From Dendrobates tinctorius (lineage: Eukaryota), in the NCBI RefSeq assembly GCF_039654945.1, contig NW_027361676.1, positions 32,426,001 through 32,490,000 on the forward strand: a stretch of DNA of 64,000 nucleotides, written 5' to 3'. Of this stretch, positions 60,909-64,000 are shown one piece after another. Under the pieces are notes generated by a model. The model was not told the origin of the DNA. It did no database searches and saw nothing but the letters and a program-made list of their open reading frames with translations. The position numbers and the translations under genes are program-made. Positions within the stretch are counted from its first letter, which is position 1. Each line of letters begins with the position of its first letter.

Positions 60909-61154
60909 TGTGTGAAGAAGAGAAGAGAGGAACATCAGCTTCAATGCATTGTCTAACTGCAAAACACTTGATCCTGTTGCACTTAATATCTGTTGCACGC
61001 GTAAGCCCGCTTTTGTGAGAATTTCATGTTAATAGAATCTTTAGAAATATATTTACTTAGAAAATTGGTGACATGTTCAATACTTATTTCATCTGTTGTA
61101 TGTACCAGAAAGAGACCAAGAATCAGAAACATATATACCAGGACGGGGAACATA

Positions 61155-62190
61155 TAGTTGCGTGAAAAAGTGTTTGCCCCCTTCCTGATTTCCTATTCTT
61201 TTGCATGTTTGTCACACTTAAATGTTTCAGCTCACCAAATAAATGTAAACATTAGATAAAGATAACATAAATAAAAACTAAATGCAGTTTTTAAATGAAG
61301 ATCTTTATTGTTAAGGGAAAAAGAAATCCAATCCTACAAGGCCCTGTGTGAAAAAGTGTTTGCCCCCTCAAAGCATAAATTAACTGTGGTTTATCACATC
61401 TTTGGGAAGCTGACTTCAGATTCGCTAGCCACACCCAGGCTTGATTACTGCCACATCTGTTCTCAATCAAGAAATCACTTAAATAGGACCTGCTTTACAA
61501 AGTGAAGTAGACCAAAAGATCCACTAAAGCTAGACATCATGCCGCGATCCAAAGAAATTCTGGAACAAATCAGAAACATAGTAATTATTATTATTTATTT
61601 ATAAAGCACTATTGATTTCATGGTGCTGTACATGAGAAGGGGTTACATATAAAATACAGATATCACTTACAGTAAACAAACTAACAATGACAGACTGATA
61701 CAGTGGGGATCCCATGTGGGATTACATTCTACAAGATGGTGGGGAAGGAGACATTAGGTTGGGGGGTTGCAGCAGCTCCCATGTAATTGATATCTATCAA
61801 TCTGGAAAAGGTTATAAAGCCATTTCTAAAGCTTTGGGACTTCAGCGAACCACCGTGAGAGCCATTATCTAAAAATGGCAGAAAACATGGAACAGTGGTG
61901 AACCTTCCCAGGAGTGGCTGGCTGACCAAAATTACCCCAAGAGCGCAGCGACGACTCATCCAAGAGGTCACAAAAGACCCCACAACAGTATCCAAAGAAC
62001 AGCAGGCCTCACTTGCCAGAGTTAAGATCAGTGTTCATGATTCCACCATAAGAAAGATACTGGGCAAAAATTGCCTGCATGGAAGAGCTCCAAGACAAAA
62101 ACCACTGCTGAGCAATAAGAATATAAAGGCTTATTTCAGTTTTGCCAGAAAACATCTTGATGATCTCCCAGATTTTGGGGATAATACTCT
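61155..62190 (+). mobile_element. 3'-truncated Tc1 transposon
   Basis: TA followed by a TIR-like start with internal DR tgaaaaagtgtttgcccc repeated. Transposase start MPRSKEI at 61539, SGKGYKAISK, NLPRSG...KITPRAQRRLIQEV. Confidence 0.85.
61587..61782 (-). mobile_element. Short L2-like 3' end or SINE inserted in the Tc1 ORF
   Basis: (TTA)-type tail resembling 56568-56640, flanked by a gtaatt duplication. Confidence 0.6.
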
Positions 62191-63739
62191 ACTGGTTCAC
62201 ATGGTACAGTAGAATCGCAATCCAGTGCGAAACGTGCATTGTCCGTCATGTCTCTCTTTTGAATTTTTCTGCACCTGCTGCCACGATGTTAGCACTTTTT
62301 TGCACCATTGTTACTTGTACAACATTAAAAAATAAAAAGGGCTTAATTTCTTCAGAGAAGGGTGAGTGCTGACTTTTCTTTTATTTATAACTACAGCGAG
62401 ACTCAATTGCTTCATGTTTGTGCACCACCCTCTATTCAGAATTTAGAGGCAGCGATATCATACCAAAAAATCCTGTTGCACTGGTGAAAGAGCTTTCAAT
62501 GTCGGTGTTTCAACTCTTTGTATTAAATATGCTATTGTGTTATGCTTACTAGAGGTCTCAAAGAGCTGTGCATATCTGACATTCTATCTTCAGAGTACGT
62601 TTATATGTCAGATTCCTTTTCCCAATGCATTAGGAGAATAAATGCATGATATCCTGTTGGATAATCTTGAAAGAAGATCATAAACTGGTGATATGAAATA
62701 AATGTCTTAGATGTGAACACTCTTTTGTTAAACTGATGGGAAATGTGGATCCTATAAGACATAATCTGTCTGACACTAGTTAAACTGAGATTTGGAATGT
62801 AAGGATAGGAGTCAATACCAGGATTGAACCTTCAGAATTTAGATAAAAAATCTAAATGGTCAGCCTAGAGCCTAATCTAGAGGGAACACCAAGATCAAGG
62901 TCAGGATCAGGAACAATTATATGAACATGAACAATACATATGCAGTGATCCACAGGTAAGTAAAGCATGTCCTCCAAGCCTAATTTCATCAATGGCCACT
63001 AGTCACCAAGTCAACACAGCCGGTAGATAGCAGCAGGGAACCCGTCATTGACTCATTGCTGGGACAGTACAGATAGAAAAGGAGACTTTGAGACTTACTA
63101 TTTATACTAAATAAGGTTAGTAATATTTGACATTGATAATAATAAGAAAATAATGTAACAATTTGTTTCTCAGGTGAGAAAAGGTTTTGCACTCAATCAC
63201 AGTAGATAGTTATAGAGATATTCTGTCTTAGATGTTACTGCATTTTTCCTGCATTGTACCTTTATTAAAGTAAATCAATAAGACTGATTAGAAATGTAAC
63301 AAGAACAGGTTTTGTGCTCAGTAGTATATTCACACTACTAGCACTTTCGTAATATGCTCCTGTCTTACTTTACTGTTTAGTCCTGAAGTACACACAAAAT
63401 TGAGCTGTAGGAAGATTAATTACTATTCAATATCAGATTGTCTGGAAAGGGTAATTTAATTATAAGACAAAATCAAACAAATTAATTGAATTATTTTTTT
63501 CAGGGTAAAATGAGATTCATGAAATTATTGCCTCACATCCTCTTTAAAACCTAAGGAAACATTGCCTTTATCAATACCTCCTTTCAGGGGTTTTGCATTT
63601 ACTGGCTTGTATCTCAAGAAATTAAACATTTGGCCTATGTACTTTTTATCATTTAAAGAAAAGAGTCTACTTTTCCACTGTCTTAAATTTGTGCAAAATC
63701 TTTACTGTTTCATCAATGACAGTAAGTTCTAGTCTACTG

Positions 63740-63823
63740 TGTGACACCCCAGAGTCCGGTTGTCACAGTGACATTGCCTCCCTCTAACAGGTGAAGTCAT
63801 GCTTGGAGGCAGAAGGGTGGCTC
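63740..63823. mobile_element. Start of another LTR (family F), interrupted by a family C LTR
   Basis: tgtgaca... start with a short internal inverted repeat and an abrupt GC shift. Confidence 0.4.
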
Positions 63824-64000
63824 TGTTGTGAGTTCATTTTCCCCTTCGTCACTGAGGTCTGGTGAACTCCCTATTCTGGTAAAGGAAGGTAATGAGCCTG
63901 ATTATCAGGCACCTGAGCCTAATGATGATGACTGGCTGAGTGGAGTCATGGACTGGATATAAGGCTGCCGACGCCCTTCTGCCCTGCGGGTGATTTCTCT
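63824..64000 (+). mobile_element. Family C LTR, running off the window
   Basis: tgttgtgagttcattttcccc... matches 45254 onward and the reverse complement of the 14665 and 40038 ends. Confidence 0.92.

Larger units (their letters stand above)
56568..61005 (-). mobile_element. Near-intact L2/CR1-group LINE with a single APE-RT ORF
   Basis: (TTA)n tail at 56568-56588, short 3' UTR, APE-RT ORF, and tandem repeats in the 5' region. Confidence 0.92.
48780..61098 (+). mobile_element. Decayed Tc1 transposon in pieces (48780-48917, 55651-56567, ~61010-61098), split by gypsy E and the LINE
   Basis: NLIVAKHSDDIGYRQISKLLKIP...GAII HTH segment, downstream DDE remnants (KFGGGNIMV, NDPKYT, WPS.S.D.NPIE-like) and a terminal TIR-like end followed by TA at 61099. 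Confidence 0.75.

Noticed and set aside
62200-63720. Possible host exons (donor-like ggtgagt at ~62361 and caggtaagt at ~62953)
   Set aside because: No recognisable protein or convincing acceptor/donor pair. RNA-seq would be needed.

Overview
Eukaryotic, almost certainly vertebrate and probably anuran (frog) DNA, inferred from the transposon families and a tetrapod-type CLOCK fragment. It is a gene-free graveyard of nested transposable elements. LTR elements: (A) a young sushi/Tf1-like chromoviral Ty3/gypsy element (3446-9045) with near-identical LTRs and an intact pol but no gag, inside an older solo LTR; (B) a decayed chromovirus (9713-16333); (C) five-LTR, four-insertion family with 6-bp TSDs, always nested in other LTR elements, one copy encoding an in-frame Gag-chromodomain fusion; (D) a decayed chromovirus (36824-48779); (E) a tRNA-Ser-primed gypsy (48938-55650) with a PBS copy left outside its 3' LTR. 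Other elements: two piggyBac-type non-autonomous elements carrying TTAGGG-like repeats (one also a ~385-bp satellite), hAT remnants, a Penelope-like element with a degenerate hammerhead, an almost intact L2-type LINE with a 2A-like motif, Tc1 remnants and MITEs. The only host-gene sequence recognised is an intronless CLOCK bHLH fragment (~28581-28868) embedded in hAT sequence. All comparisons were made by eye and no database searches were run.
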